64,000 bases of DNA from contig OZ253440.1 in assembly GCA_965261055.1 (NCBI GenBank), forward strand, positions 753,639 to 817,638, written 5' to 3'. Both the position numbers and the translations under genes were made by a program. The stretch comes from Fibrobacteria bacterium. Its GTDB lineage: Bacteria > Fibrobacterota > Fibrobacteria > UBA11236 > JADFYW01. The notes beneath the pieces are model-generated. The model did no database searches. It had not been told where the DNA came from and was given only the letters and a program-made list of their open reading frames with translations. Shown here piece after piece: positions 1-9,030 of the stretch (position 1 is its first letter; every line of letters begins with the position of its first letter).

Positions 1-375
1 CATACAAAGATCCAGATAAAATATAACGAAACAAATTAGAAAAACAATTTTTGTTTTAAATTGAGCCTCACTCACCATCCATAATCCAACGACAATTAGG
101 AAGAACAAAAGAATAAAAGTAGGCAACATTCCAAATACAGACAGCAACAACTTAGACCAAAAGTCCCCTACCCAAACGCCTAAAAGATTATGGTCTAAAC
201 CATAAGCAAAAAAAGAAAATATTGAAACAAAAGAAACAATTACAACTGAAAGTAAAAATAAACCAATGGCTTGAGAGACTGTTAATGCCCCTCGTGTTTC
301 CTTTGAAGCTTTTATAACTCTTTTGTTTACAGTTTTTCTACGAGTAATCTTTTCTTTTTTCTTTGTTTCAGGCAA
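1..375 (-). CDS. ftsK: DNA translocase FtsK, N-terminal membrane domain (partial; gene continues beyond window start). Not in the ORF track.
   Basis: The reverse-strand translation is PETKKKEKITRRK...LSVVIVSFVSIFSFFAYGLDHNLLGVWVGDFWSKLLLSVFGMLPTFILLFFLIVVGLWMV. This matches the FtsK N-terminus pattern (basic leader, then NxxG..G/AD...FG...P in transmembrane helices). The frame is open to the window edge. The likely start is TTG at 373-375, with GGAGA 6 nt upstream. Confidence 0.5.
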   Translation of the reverse strand, partial: MPETKKKEKITRRKTVNKRVIKASKETRGALTVSQAIGLFLLSVVIVSFVSIFSFFAYGLDHNLLGVWVGDFWSKLLLSVFGMLPTFILLFFLIVVGLWMVSEAQFKTKIVFLICFVIFYLDLCM

Positions 376-514
376 TTGTTTTCTCCAAAATTAAAGATTA
401 AAAAATACTTATTCAAAAGCCAAAGAGCAAGTTTAAACAATAATTGATGTTATTTTATAGATATTTTTATCAACATCAGCTACTTTTGTACTTACAATTA
501 AACCTGTTCTGTCT

Positions 515-2182
515 ATGGAAAACAAAAAACCACTCATTGTTCAAGGCGATATGACACTTCTAGTGGAGGTTGACAGTCCTTTGTTTGATGAAGTCTGTGA
601 AAAGATAAGTCACTTTGCAGAACTCGTTAAAAATCTCGAATACTTACACACCTATGCTATTACCCCTCTTTCTCTATGGAATTCTGCATCAACTGGATTT
701 CTATTAGAAGATATTCTGTCAACTTTAAATGAGTATTCTCGTTACCCTATTCCCGAAAATTTAATCAACCAAATCACTAGTATAAGCAACAGATATGGCA
801 AAATTAATTTAATTAAAGAGTACAATCAATTTTTCATTGAAACTGAAGATGCTAATCTTATGTTAGAGCTCTCTCACACCAAAGTAATCAAACAACATCT
901 TGACCAACAAATTTCTGAAACAAAATACCGTATTAAACCTATGGCTCGTGGCTTAATCAAGATGGAACTTATTGCTATTGGCTATCCTGCCAAAGACATC
1001 GCAGGATATGTAAATGGTCTTCCTTTTCCTTTCAAACTCTCTCCAACACTCAACAATGGTTCTCCTTTTACTATTCGAGATTATCAACAAAAAGCCACCA
1101 AAGTTTTCCATGCAGGAGGTGCTGAGCGTGGTGGCTCTGGAGTTATTGTTCTACCTTGTGGTGCTGGAAAAACTATTGTTGGCATTGCGGCAATGGCAAA
1201 ATGCCAAACACATACTTTAATCCTAACGACAAATGTGATGGCTTCACAACAATGGGTGCGTGAAGTTGCTGAAAAAACAACTATTAGAAAAGACCAAATT
1301 GCTGAATACAATGGTCGAACTAAAAATATAGCAGAAGTAACGATTGTGACCTATCAAATTTTATCTTATCGCCGTTCCGATGATAAAAGCTTTAAACATT
1401 TTCATTTATTTAGTGAAAAGCGATGGGGACTTATTATTTACGATGAAGTTCACTTACTACCAGCCCCATTATTTCGATTATGTGCCGATGTACAGGCAAC
1501 AAGAAGACTGGGACTAACTGCAACCTTAGTAAGAGAAGATCATAAAGAGAGCGATGTTTTTTCATTAATTGGTCCTCAAAAATATAACCTTCCTTGGAAA
1601 ACTTTAGAATCTCAAGGTTGGATTGCAAAAGCAACATGCACCGAAATTCGAATTCCAATTCTACCCAAAATTAAACTTGATTACGCTGTGGCTAGTGTAA
1701 GAGACAAAAATAAAATAGCAGCTTGTAATCCTTATAAAACAATAATTGTTAAACAGCTTCTTAAAGAAAATTCTACGGCTAATACTATTATCATTGGTCA
1801 GTACATTGAACAATTAACAAAACTTTCTAAAGAACTTGGCCTTCCTTTAATGACTGGATCCACTCCAAATGTTAAGAGAATTGAGCTATTAGATCAGTTT
1901 AGAAATAAAGAAATCAAAACAATCATTTTAAGTAAAGTCGGAAATTTTGCAATTGATTTGCCAGATGCAAATGTTTTAATCCAAATTTCTGGAACATTTG
2001 GGAGCCGTCAAGAAGAAGCTCAACGCTTAGGTCGTTTACTTAGACCTAAACAAAAAAATAATCAAGCCGACTTTTACTCTCTTGTAACTCAAGACACTCG
2101 AGAACAAGATTTTGCAATGAATAGACAACTATTCTTAGTTGAACAAGGTTACGATTACAAAATATGCTACAAAAAAATGTAA
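515..2182 (+). CDS. XPB/ERCC3(Ssl2)-family SF2 DNA helicase
   Basis: Walker A is GAGKT (LPCGAGKTIVG). Motif II is DEVH. Motif III is GLTATLVRED, including the XPB-specific RED motif. Motif VI is QRLGRLLR. It has an N-terminal damage-recognition-like domain and is 555 aa. Confidence 0.85.
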   Translation: MENKKPLIVQGDMTLLVEVDSPLFDEVCEKISHFAELVKNLEYLHTYAITPLSLWNSASTGFLLEDILSTLNEYSRYPIPENLINQITSISNRYGKINLIKEYNQFFIETEDANLMLELSHTKVIKQHLDQQISETKYRIKPMARGLIKMELIAIGYPAKDIAGYVNGLPFPFKLSPTLNNGSPFTIRDYQQKATKVFHAGGAERGGSGVIVLPCGAGKTIVGIAAMAKCQTHTLILTTNVMASQQWVREVAEKTTIRKDQIAEYNGRTKNIAEVTIVTYQILSYRRSDDKSFKHFHLFSEKRWGLIIYDEVHLLPAPLFRLCADVQATRRLGLTATLVREDHKESDVFSLIGPQKYNLPWKTLESQGWIAKATCTEIRIPILPKIKLDYAVASVRDKNKIAACNPYKTIIVKQLLKENSTANTIIIGQYIEQLTKLSKELGLPLMTGSTPNVKRIELLDQFRNKEIKTIILSKVGNFAIDLPDANVLIQISGTFGSRQEEAQRLGRLLRPKQKNNQADFYSLVTQDTREQDFAMNRQLFLVEQGYDYKICYKKM

Positions 2183-3624
2183 TACTTTTTTTCTCAATCT
2201 TATTTTTTTTTAAAGTCTCACAAGCCCAAATTGAAGCTGAAAAATTCGTTCTAAAAGAAAATGGACTTAAGGTTTTACTTGTCACTCAAAAAGGATCTCC
2301 AACGACATCCTGTCAAATTTTTTACAACACTGGTTCTGTTCATGAAACTCCTGGCAATACAGGAATCACTCATTTACTGGAACATATGCTCTTTAAGGGC
2401 ACCCACAAAACAGGTATCACCAATTCTAGTCTAGACTCTATTTTTATCCCTTTAATTGATTCTCTTTGGAAAGACTTACAAAGTTCTGACTCAAACCTCT
2501 ATCCTAAAAATTTTAAAAAAGCATTTAAAAATTACTCAAAGGCATTAAATAAATATCGCTCCTTTTTCATCAAGAATGAATTATGGAACGCCTACTTACA
2601 AGCTGGTGGTACAAACTTGAATGCTTTTACTTCTAACATCATTACTGGCTACACTGTTACTTTACCTAAGAATAAATTGGACTTATTTTTTTGGTTAGAA
2701 TCAGATCGTATGCAGCATGCTGTTTTAAGAGATTTTTATACCGAACGAGATGTTATTATGGAAGAAAGGCGTATGCGTTACGAGAATTCTCCATACGGTT
2801 TACATTTTGAAAAGCTTAAAGGTCTTTTTTATGAAGCCCACCCTTACCGATTACCTACAATTGGATATCGATCAGATATTCAAAATTTATCTAGAAAACA
2901 AGCCTACCAACACTATAAAAAATACTACAAACCAAATAATGCTACCTTAGTCTTGGTGGGAAACTTTCAAATTAAACCTACAATTAAAAAAATTACTCAA
3001 TATTTTTCTTCTATTCCAAAAGGAAAAAAACCTCCTAAAATTACAACAATAGATCCCAAACCTCTAGGTCAAAAGATACTGATTACAAAAACAAACAAGG
3101 CAAAACCACGCATGGATTTCTGGTTTAAAGCTCCTGGGTTTCCTAATTCAGAACTATATGCATTAGAAGTATTAAGTGGCATTTTAAGCGGTAAAAGTGG
3201 TCGTTTATATCAACATTTTGTCATTAATAAGAAACTAGCCATTTCCACTCATTCTTACATTCAGTGGCAACCCACTCATTCGCTATTTTCTATTTCATTT
3301 CAATTAACGCACTCAGTAAACCCAGAAAAAGTCAAAAAAGAATTCCTTCTTTTCCTAAAAAAAATTTCAGAAGAAACTATGTCAAAACACGAAATTCAAA
3401 AGGTTAAAAACCAAATTCGTGCTCATACATTAAACCAATTAACAATGCCTGAACAACTATCAACAGAATTAGCTTTTTATGAAACCATGGGGAACTGGAA
3501 TTACATTAATACAATTCCAGAGGCTATCAACAAAATATCAAATCAAGAGATAAAAATTGTTTTAAAGAAATTTATTCAACCCAATAATTTCACATTAGGT
3601 ATCGTAACAAAAAATGAAAATTAA
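2164..3624 (+). CDS. M16-family zinc metallopeptidase (pitrilysin-like), predicted active subunit, secreted
   Basis: It carries the HxxEH zinc-binding motif (HLLEHMLFKGT) and an N-terminal signal peptide. It overlaps the upstream gene by 19 nt. Confidence 0.8.
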   Translation: MLQKNVILFFSILFFFKVSQAQIEAEKFVLKENGLKVLLVTQKGSPTTSCQIFYNTGSVHETPGNTGITHLLEHMLFKGTHKTGITNSSLDSIFIPLIDSLWKDLQSSDSNLYPKNFKKAFKNYSKALNKYRSFFIKNELWNAYLQAGGTNLNAFTSNIITGYTVTLPKNKLDLFFWLESDRMQHAVLRDFYTERDVIMEERRMRYENSPYGLHFEKLKGLFYEAHPYRLPTIGYRSDIQNLSRKQAYQHYKKYYKPNNATLVLVGNFQIKPTIKKITQYFSSIPKGKKPPKITTIDPKPLGQKILITKTNKAKPRMDFWFKAPGFPNSELYALEVLSGILSGKSGRLYQHFVINKKLAISTHSYIQWQPTHSLFSISFQLTHSVNPEKVKKEFLLFLKKISEETMSKHEIQKVKNQIRAHTLNQLTMPEQLSTELAFYETMGNWNYINTIPEAINKISNQEIKIVLKKFIQPNNFTLGIVTKNEN

Positions 3625-5104
3625 AGTTTTACTCATTATTTGTATTCTTTTTCTTTCGAGCTCTTTTGGTCTGAAAGTAACTGCTCAGTTTCTAGAACGT
3701 TCTCAGACTGTACCCAATAACTATCGAGATATTATTTTCCCTAACTTCGACTATAATATACCCAATCCAAAAAATTTTAGACACAAAATACATCCCAAAT
3801 CTATTGCATACTTTTTACCTAATAAAGAACTAAATCTTGTCAAATTTTCTCTATCTATACCCACTCGCAATATCCCTAAAAATTTAGAAGAGTTAGCACT
3901 TTATCAACTTTTTGAAAGTACGGTATTCACAGGAGGTTTCAAAAATATTTCTGCTAAAAAAATTTCCGACACCTTAGAATTCATGGCATCTAGTATTGAT
4001 TTATCTCTAAATCCATATCAAACAAATATTACTCTTAATTGTTTTAACGAAGATGTTTACAAACTTCTTTCTCTACTAGAAAATATGATTCTATACCCTA
4101 ATTTTGATTCAACACATGTGGACATTCAAAAACAAAATATTATTCAAAACATAATTCAAAATAAGAATACTCCTCGTGGTTTATTAGAACAATATTATCC
4201 CTCTCTTATGTATCAAGATAATCCTTTAATTTGGTCTCTCACACCGAATCTTTTTGATACAATCCAATCTAAAGATTTAAAAAAATGGAAATTTAAGGGA
4301 TTTAAAACACACACAAAATTTATCTTTTCTGTTTCTGGAAACTTTGATCCAAATATTATGCAGAAAAAATTAAACCACTTTACACAAAACATTATTTCTT
4401 CATTTTCTAATTTAACAGATAAAGAACAATATCCTCTTCTGAGGTTTAAAAAAGAAGGTCTCAAAAAATTTGTCTCTCAAAATTTTTCTCAAAGTACGAT
4501 TCAAATAGGCTATAAAGGCATTCAACGACCGCATCCCGATTATTATCCCTTAACACTCATTCATTACATACTTGGCGGTGGCTTACAATCTAGATTATCC
4601 GAAAAAATTAGATCTGAACACGGTTTAGCTTATACGGTCTACAGTTCCATAGAAAGTAACTATAACCATAAAGGAAGCTCCTATATTTTTTTACAAACAA
4701 AAAAAGAATCTACCTCAAAAGCTCTTAAACTTATCTTCTCTGAAATACAACTAATTAAAAAGAAAGGATTCAAACAACAAGAACTAGACAATGCAAAAAG
4801 CTCTCTTCTTCAAAGTTTGTATTCTTTATTCAAAAACAATTCTTCAATTGCAACTACATTTTCTCAAAATGAAGCTTGGGGACGCGATTTAGATCATTTT
4901 CAAAAATATTTATTCCAATTAAACCGCATCTCTTTAGATAAAATTAAAAATGTCTTTCATCAATACTTTATTAAACAAAAACCATCTATTCTGATTATTA
5001 GCCCTCAAGAGGTTTTAGAACAGCCTTATTTTAGAGAAGAAAATTATCAAATTTTAAAACAAAACAATGTCTTTTTAATGCCCACTTTTGTCTCGTTGTC
5101 TTAA
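3614..5104 (+). CDS. M16-family peptidase-like protein lacking HxxEH (probable non-catalytic partner subunit), secreted
   Basis: It has M16 length and architecture, a signal peptide and no HxxEH motif. It overlaps the preceding M16 gene by 11 nt, which suggests a heterodimeric pair. Confidence 0.6.
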   Translation: MKIKVLLIICILFLSSSFGLKVTAQFLERSQTVPNNYRDIIFPNFDYNIPNPKNFRHKIHPKSIAYFLPNKELNLVKFSLSIPTRNIPKNLEELALYQLFESTVFTGGFKNISAKKISDTLEFMASSIDLSLNPYQTNITLNCFNEDVYKLLSLLENMILYPNFDSTHVDIQKQNIIQNIIQNKNTPRGLLEQYYPSLMYQDNPLIWSLTPNLFDTIQSKDLKKWKFKGFKTHTKFIFSVSGNFDPNIMQKKLNHFTQNIISSFSNLTDKEQYPLLRFKKEGLKKFVSQNFSQSTIQIGYKGIQRPHPDYYPLTLIHYILGGGLQSRLSEKIRSEHGLAYTVYSSIESNYNHKGSSYIFLQTKKESTSKALKLIFSEIQLIKKKGFKQQELDNAKSSLLQSLYSLFKNNSSIATTFSQNEAWGRDLDHFQKYLFQLNRISLDKIKNVFHQYFIKQKPSILIISPQEVLEQPYFREENYQILKQNNVFLMPTFVSLS

Positions 5105-5961
5105 TTTTTTTTGACCTTTGCTTCTCGGAAACAACAAGCCAATGCCGAATAATACAAGAAGTTCCAAAAATTTAGTCATATAGAAACTCACTATTCCATT
5201 GCAATGGATATTTTAAATAATTCTTTAGAAAAAGGAAAATTCAACAAATATTTTCAACTAGCAAGCTCTCATCAAATTTATTTCAAGACTCTAAAGCGAT
5301 TTAAGTATCTCTAAACAACAATTCTCATTCTTACTTAAGAATTTAGAATTTACAACAAAGCTAATTAATGCATTTAATCCTAAAAAACGATATAAAATAG
5401 ATCTCTTAAACTTAAGAGAACAAGTTTTAAGGGAACTAACCATAATAACCTAAGTAAAGAAGCTAATTTAATTTCAGGATCTGTGGAAAGTGCGGTAGTG
5501 TTACATATTTCATTCTGGATACAACTAAACTCTTATTTACCACATTTTTAGGAGAGACTTATCTTCACAGTTTCTTTCAAAGAAAGAAAAATCATCTTAT
5601 TTATAAGATTCAACTTCTAGTACCTTCTAATATCCCCTACAAATAAAACTCTTGGTCATCTAATCAATTTAGCTTCTTTACGTTATTTTTTAAAAAATAT
5701 CATTAAAAGACAAATTTCAAAAATTTACATTGCTTCCAAAAAAATTAATCCTCATTATATTATTAAAGTTAAAGAACAGTTTAATTGGTCTAATAGTGAT
5801 CTCAAAAAATTGATTCAATTTTCTAAAATTCATTAATCCATTTATCAATATCTATCGAAAAAAAATCCAAACATTCGAAAAAAATCCTACCTGAAAAAAT
5901 TGAAAATTAAAAGAGACTGTTAGAAATAGATCACGTCATTTTTGCATGGTTTTAGAAGATC

Positions 5962-6323
5962 TTAAAAATCCACACAATATTAGTGCGTTCATTAAAACAA
6001 GTAAAGTTTTTGGTTTTCAAGATATTCATATTATTGAAGAACTAAATAATTATAAAATATCTAGATCTATTCTCAAAGGAAGTTTTAAATGGTTAAATTT
6101 AAACCTCTATTCTAAATGAAAAGATTGTATGCAAACCTTAAAAACAAGGCTATATCAGATTGCCATTGCATCAACTCATATTACAAAACCAACTGCTTTT
6201 TATCTAGAATCAGAAGTTCTAGACCCGCACCTAGAAACACAGAACCAAACCGATGTTTTATTTAAGATTCCTCAATACAGATTAACAGAAAGCATGAATG
6301 TTTTCGTTTGTGCTGAGTCTTAA
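5962..6323 (+). pseudogene. TrmH/SpoU-family RNA 2'-O-methyltransferase interrupted by an in-frame TGA (6116-6118)
   Basis: The N-part is RHFCMVLEDLKNPHNISAFIKTSKVFGFQDIHIIEE, matching the SpoU N-motif (vvLe.v.dPhNvgAiiRTadafGv). The C-part is IPQYRLTESMNVFVCAE, matching IPM.G.v.SLNVSvA. The two parts are collinear across one TGA. The glycine-rich GxExxG motif is degraded. Confidence 0.5.
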
Positions 6324-6493
6324 TGAACACCCTTAGTCAATAGATGAATAAAAAAGGAAAAGATAATTTTACTTAAACACACAAACACACAATAACAAAA
6401 AGAACTCTTAGCTAGCCCTTATGAAAGAAGTTGATTAAGGATACAAATAAACTCTCCTTTAAACTCTCCTTTAAAAGACACGACTAATTATAA

Positions 6494-7717
6494 TCAAGTA
6501 AATTTTGAAAAAGCGGACTGATTAAAGTCTTCTTCAAATTCAGCAACACTCTTATAAGTATAATCCATAACATCATCCCACATAGGAGCTGCCTCCATAC
6601 AAAGATACTGAAAAACCTTTTGTTTCCATGGCGAAAAACTTCTCAATACATTTTGATATAATTTTTTACGGATATCGAAAACATATGTAATTTTACCATC
6701 TTGAGTAACTTCTGTTTCCATTTGTAATATCTTCGAGTGATTGTAATTTTCTCTTAATTTATTTTCAAAACCCTTCATTAAAGTTACACACCCAAAAGAA
6801 ACCCACAAGACTTCTTCTAAGATAAATTTTTCCATAACTAATTCAACAAGATTTTGATATTCTTTCTCCCAACCTTGAAAATATATCATGGGGTGAAAAT
6901 GAAAACCAACTTTAATGCCTTTGTCAGCTATTTTACGGGCAGCTTCTAATCGCTGCTGTAACGAAGCGGTTTTTTTTTCTTCATGATCTATTATTATTTG
7001 AGGGTTTAGAGACCAACTACAACAAATATTAGAAGGAACTTCATTCTTTAAGAAAAAACCAATATTAGAAGATTTCGTTTTAAATTCTAAAATCATATTA
7101 AGATTTTTAGAAGCAAAGTTACAACAATCTGTTAAAATATTATTAGAATTTCCCCACATCAAAGAATCAGAGTATTCTCCCGTACAAATACGGTATTTTT
7201 TTTTAGGATCCAGACGGATTTCAGATAATTTTTCTTTAAGGTTTACTGGTATTTCTATTATAGCCTCATCATAATGATTTTGTAAAACACAATAAGAACA
7301 CTCCATTGCACAATTGTTTACTAAGCTAAGTACTTTTAAGTTACAGCAAACCGTTTTATTAGAAGCAGCAGGACAAGTTCTAAAGATATTACCTTTTAAC
7401 TCTCTATCTTTATAAACATATTTAGGAAAGTTTTCTGTTTTAGTAATTTGAGAATAAATTTTTTCTTTAGATTTAATTTCTGCGTAAATTTCTTTCGTTT
7501 GAGAAAACCAATGACTCCTTTTTTGAGATATATTAAAATTTTGTGCCTTAATCTCACTTAAAATTTCAGAAATTCTTGAAAAAAAACTATACTCTTGCCA
7601 AGATACACAATCAATACACCATTGGTCGAATTGTTTCTTCTGTTGAAAAGTTAAATTAATTTGGCTTAAAATCACCTTTTTTAACTCATCCACATCTAAG
7701 TTTAAAGTATCTTCCAT
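6494..7717 (-). CDS. radical SAM protein, spore-photoproduct-lyase/DNA-repair-photolyase-like (COG1533-like) with ~130 aa N-terminal extension
   Basis: It has the CxxxCxxC motif (CAMECSYC) in the arrangement found in SPL-type radical SAM enzymes. It is 407 aa. Confidence 0.6.
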   Translation of the reverse strand: MEDTLNLDVDELKKVILSQINLTFQQKKQFDQWCIDCVSWQEYSFFSRISEILSEIKAQNFNISQKRSHWFSQTKEIYAEIKSKEKIYSQITKTENFPKYVYKDRELKGNIFRTCPAASNKTVCCNLKVLSLVNNCAMECSYCVLQNHYDEAIIEIPVNLKEKLSEIRLDPKKKYRICTGEYSDSLMWGNSNNILTDCCNFASKNLNMILEFKTKSSNIGFFLKNEVPSNICCSWSLNPQIIIDHEEKKTASLQQRLEAARKIADKGIKVGFHFHPMIYFQGWEKEYQNLVELVMEKFILEEVLWVSFGCVTLMKGFENKLRENYNHSKILQMETEVTQDGKITYVFDIRKKLYQNVLRSFSPWKQKVFQYLCMEAAPMWDDVMDYTYKSVAEFEEDFNQSAFSKFT

Positions 7718-7810
7718 AGGAAATAAAAGTAAAAAGTTTATACCTTAACAATTCATAAATTTTCTACAAAAATTTATTTATATTTATGGACTCATTTCAA
7801 AGGGTTCTCT

Positions 7811-8974
7811 GTGAAAAACACTCAAGATTTAGTTATTGTTGGCTGTGTGTCTGACGACCCTTTTGCCTTAGATATTGGTTACTTATATGGTCAATTAGAA
7901 GATGTTTCTGATCTTGTTTCTCTTAAGAGTTTTTCAAACTCTGAATTTTGTCCTCGTTTCTTACTTAATGATGAAAAAAATCTAAATGTTATTGGAAAAG
8001 GTCTTAAAGATAAAATTGTTGTGATTTGTTCTACTGCATCTCACCTTATCTACTCTCGTAACGATATTGCAATGCGAACAATGCTTACGTCAAAGGCAGC
8101 CAAAGAAAACGGTGCGAAAAAGGTTATTCTGATAGAACCTGACTTATTTTATAGTGCACAAGATCGTGGACCATATAGAATCAAAGGTGAAGAAAATCGC
8201 TCTGATATTGATCGCAAAAAATTTGACGGTCAAGGCTTTTCATCATTATTATACGCCAAACTACTAAAAGAATCTGGTGTGGATTGTGTTGTTACTGTGC
8301 ATAATCATTCTGTTAAAGTTCAAAATTTGTTTAAAGAAGTTTTTAACCAAAAATTTTATAATCTCCTACCTAACGACATTTATGCTGATTATATTCGGAA
8401 ATCAAATATTGTTGAGACTGGCAAAAAGGGCGAAAACCTTATTTTATGTTCTCCCGATCAAGGAGCACTTAGTTTTACACAAGAAGTTTTTAAAGCTTTA
8501 GACTTACCTAAAATTCAAATCATTATTATTGATAAAAGGCGTACTGGCGAAAGACAAGTAGAAATGTCTTTAAATCCAGACTCTCAGTGTTCTTTATCTG
8601 AATTACAAGGAAAAGATGTTATCATTCTAGACGACATGGTTCGAACAGGAAACACCGTAATTGAATGCTGTAAATATCTAAATCAAGGTAACCCTAACCG
8701 CATTTGTTTTGGTGTAACACATTTCCATTCCTCTCCCGAAACACGAGAAATTTTAAATAATAAAAACCTAGACGAAATTTTGACTTTTAACACTTTACCT
8801 ACTATCCTAAATAAAGATATGCAAGGTAGATTACGGAAAAAAATGGTGATTCTTAAAATTGAAAAGTGGATTGCCTTATTTCTTCTAAATTTTATAGGAA
8901 AAAAAAATAAAAACTTAAGTAAAGATTTCTATGCTGTAGATATTTCAGCCAAGAATCCTCGTTCAAAAGCCTAA
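7811..8974 (+). CDS. ribose-phosphate pyrophosphokinase (PRPP synthetase)-family protein, divergent; GTG start
   Basis: Its motif order follows Prs: FSNSEF, NDIAMRTM, PDLFYSAQDRG, CSPDQGA, and the PRTase motif VIILDDMVRTGNTV. At 387 aa it is longer than canonical Prs. Confidence 0.55.
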   Translation: MKNTQDLVIVGCVSDDPFALDIGYLYGQLEDVSDLVSLKSFSNSEFCPRFLLNDEKNLNVIGKGLKDKIVVICSTASHLIYSRNDIAMRTMLTSKAAKENGAKKVILIEPDLFYSAQDRGPYRIKGEENRSDIDRKKFDGQGFSSLLYAKLLKESGVDCVVTVHNHSVKVQNLFKEVFNQKFYNLLPNDIYADYIRKSNIVETGKKGENLILCSPDQGALSFTQEVFKALDLPKIQIIIIDKRRTGERQVEMSLNPDSQCSLSELQGKDVIILDDMVRTGNTVIECCKYLNQGNPNRICFGVTHFHSSPETREILNNKNLDEILTFNTLPTILNKDMQGRLRKKMVILKIEKWIALFLLNFIGKKNKNLSKDFYAVDISAKNPRSKA

Positions 8975-9030
8975 ATACTAACACCTAATGTATCTTTGTT
9001 CTCTCAAACTTAGATTCTAATTTTACTACA

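Noticed and set aside
1014-1658. Small ORFs nested in the XPB gene (1014..1220, 1084..1311, 1434..1658)
   Set aside because: They are embedded in a strongly supported helicase CDS, with no motifs.
5962-6323. Possibility that the in-frame TGA in the TrmH-like gene means an alternative genetic code (TGA=Trp/Gly)
   Set aside because: Long housekeeping genes (mfd, radA, glnS, recQ) are full-length under the standard code. TGA also functions as the msrB stop, directly adjoining the ppa start.
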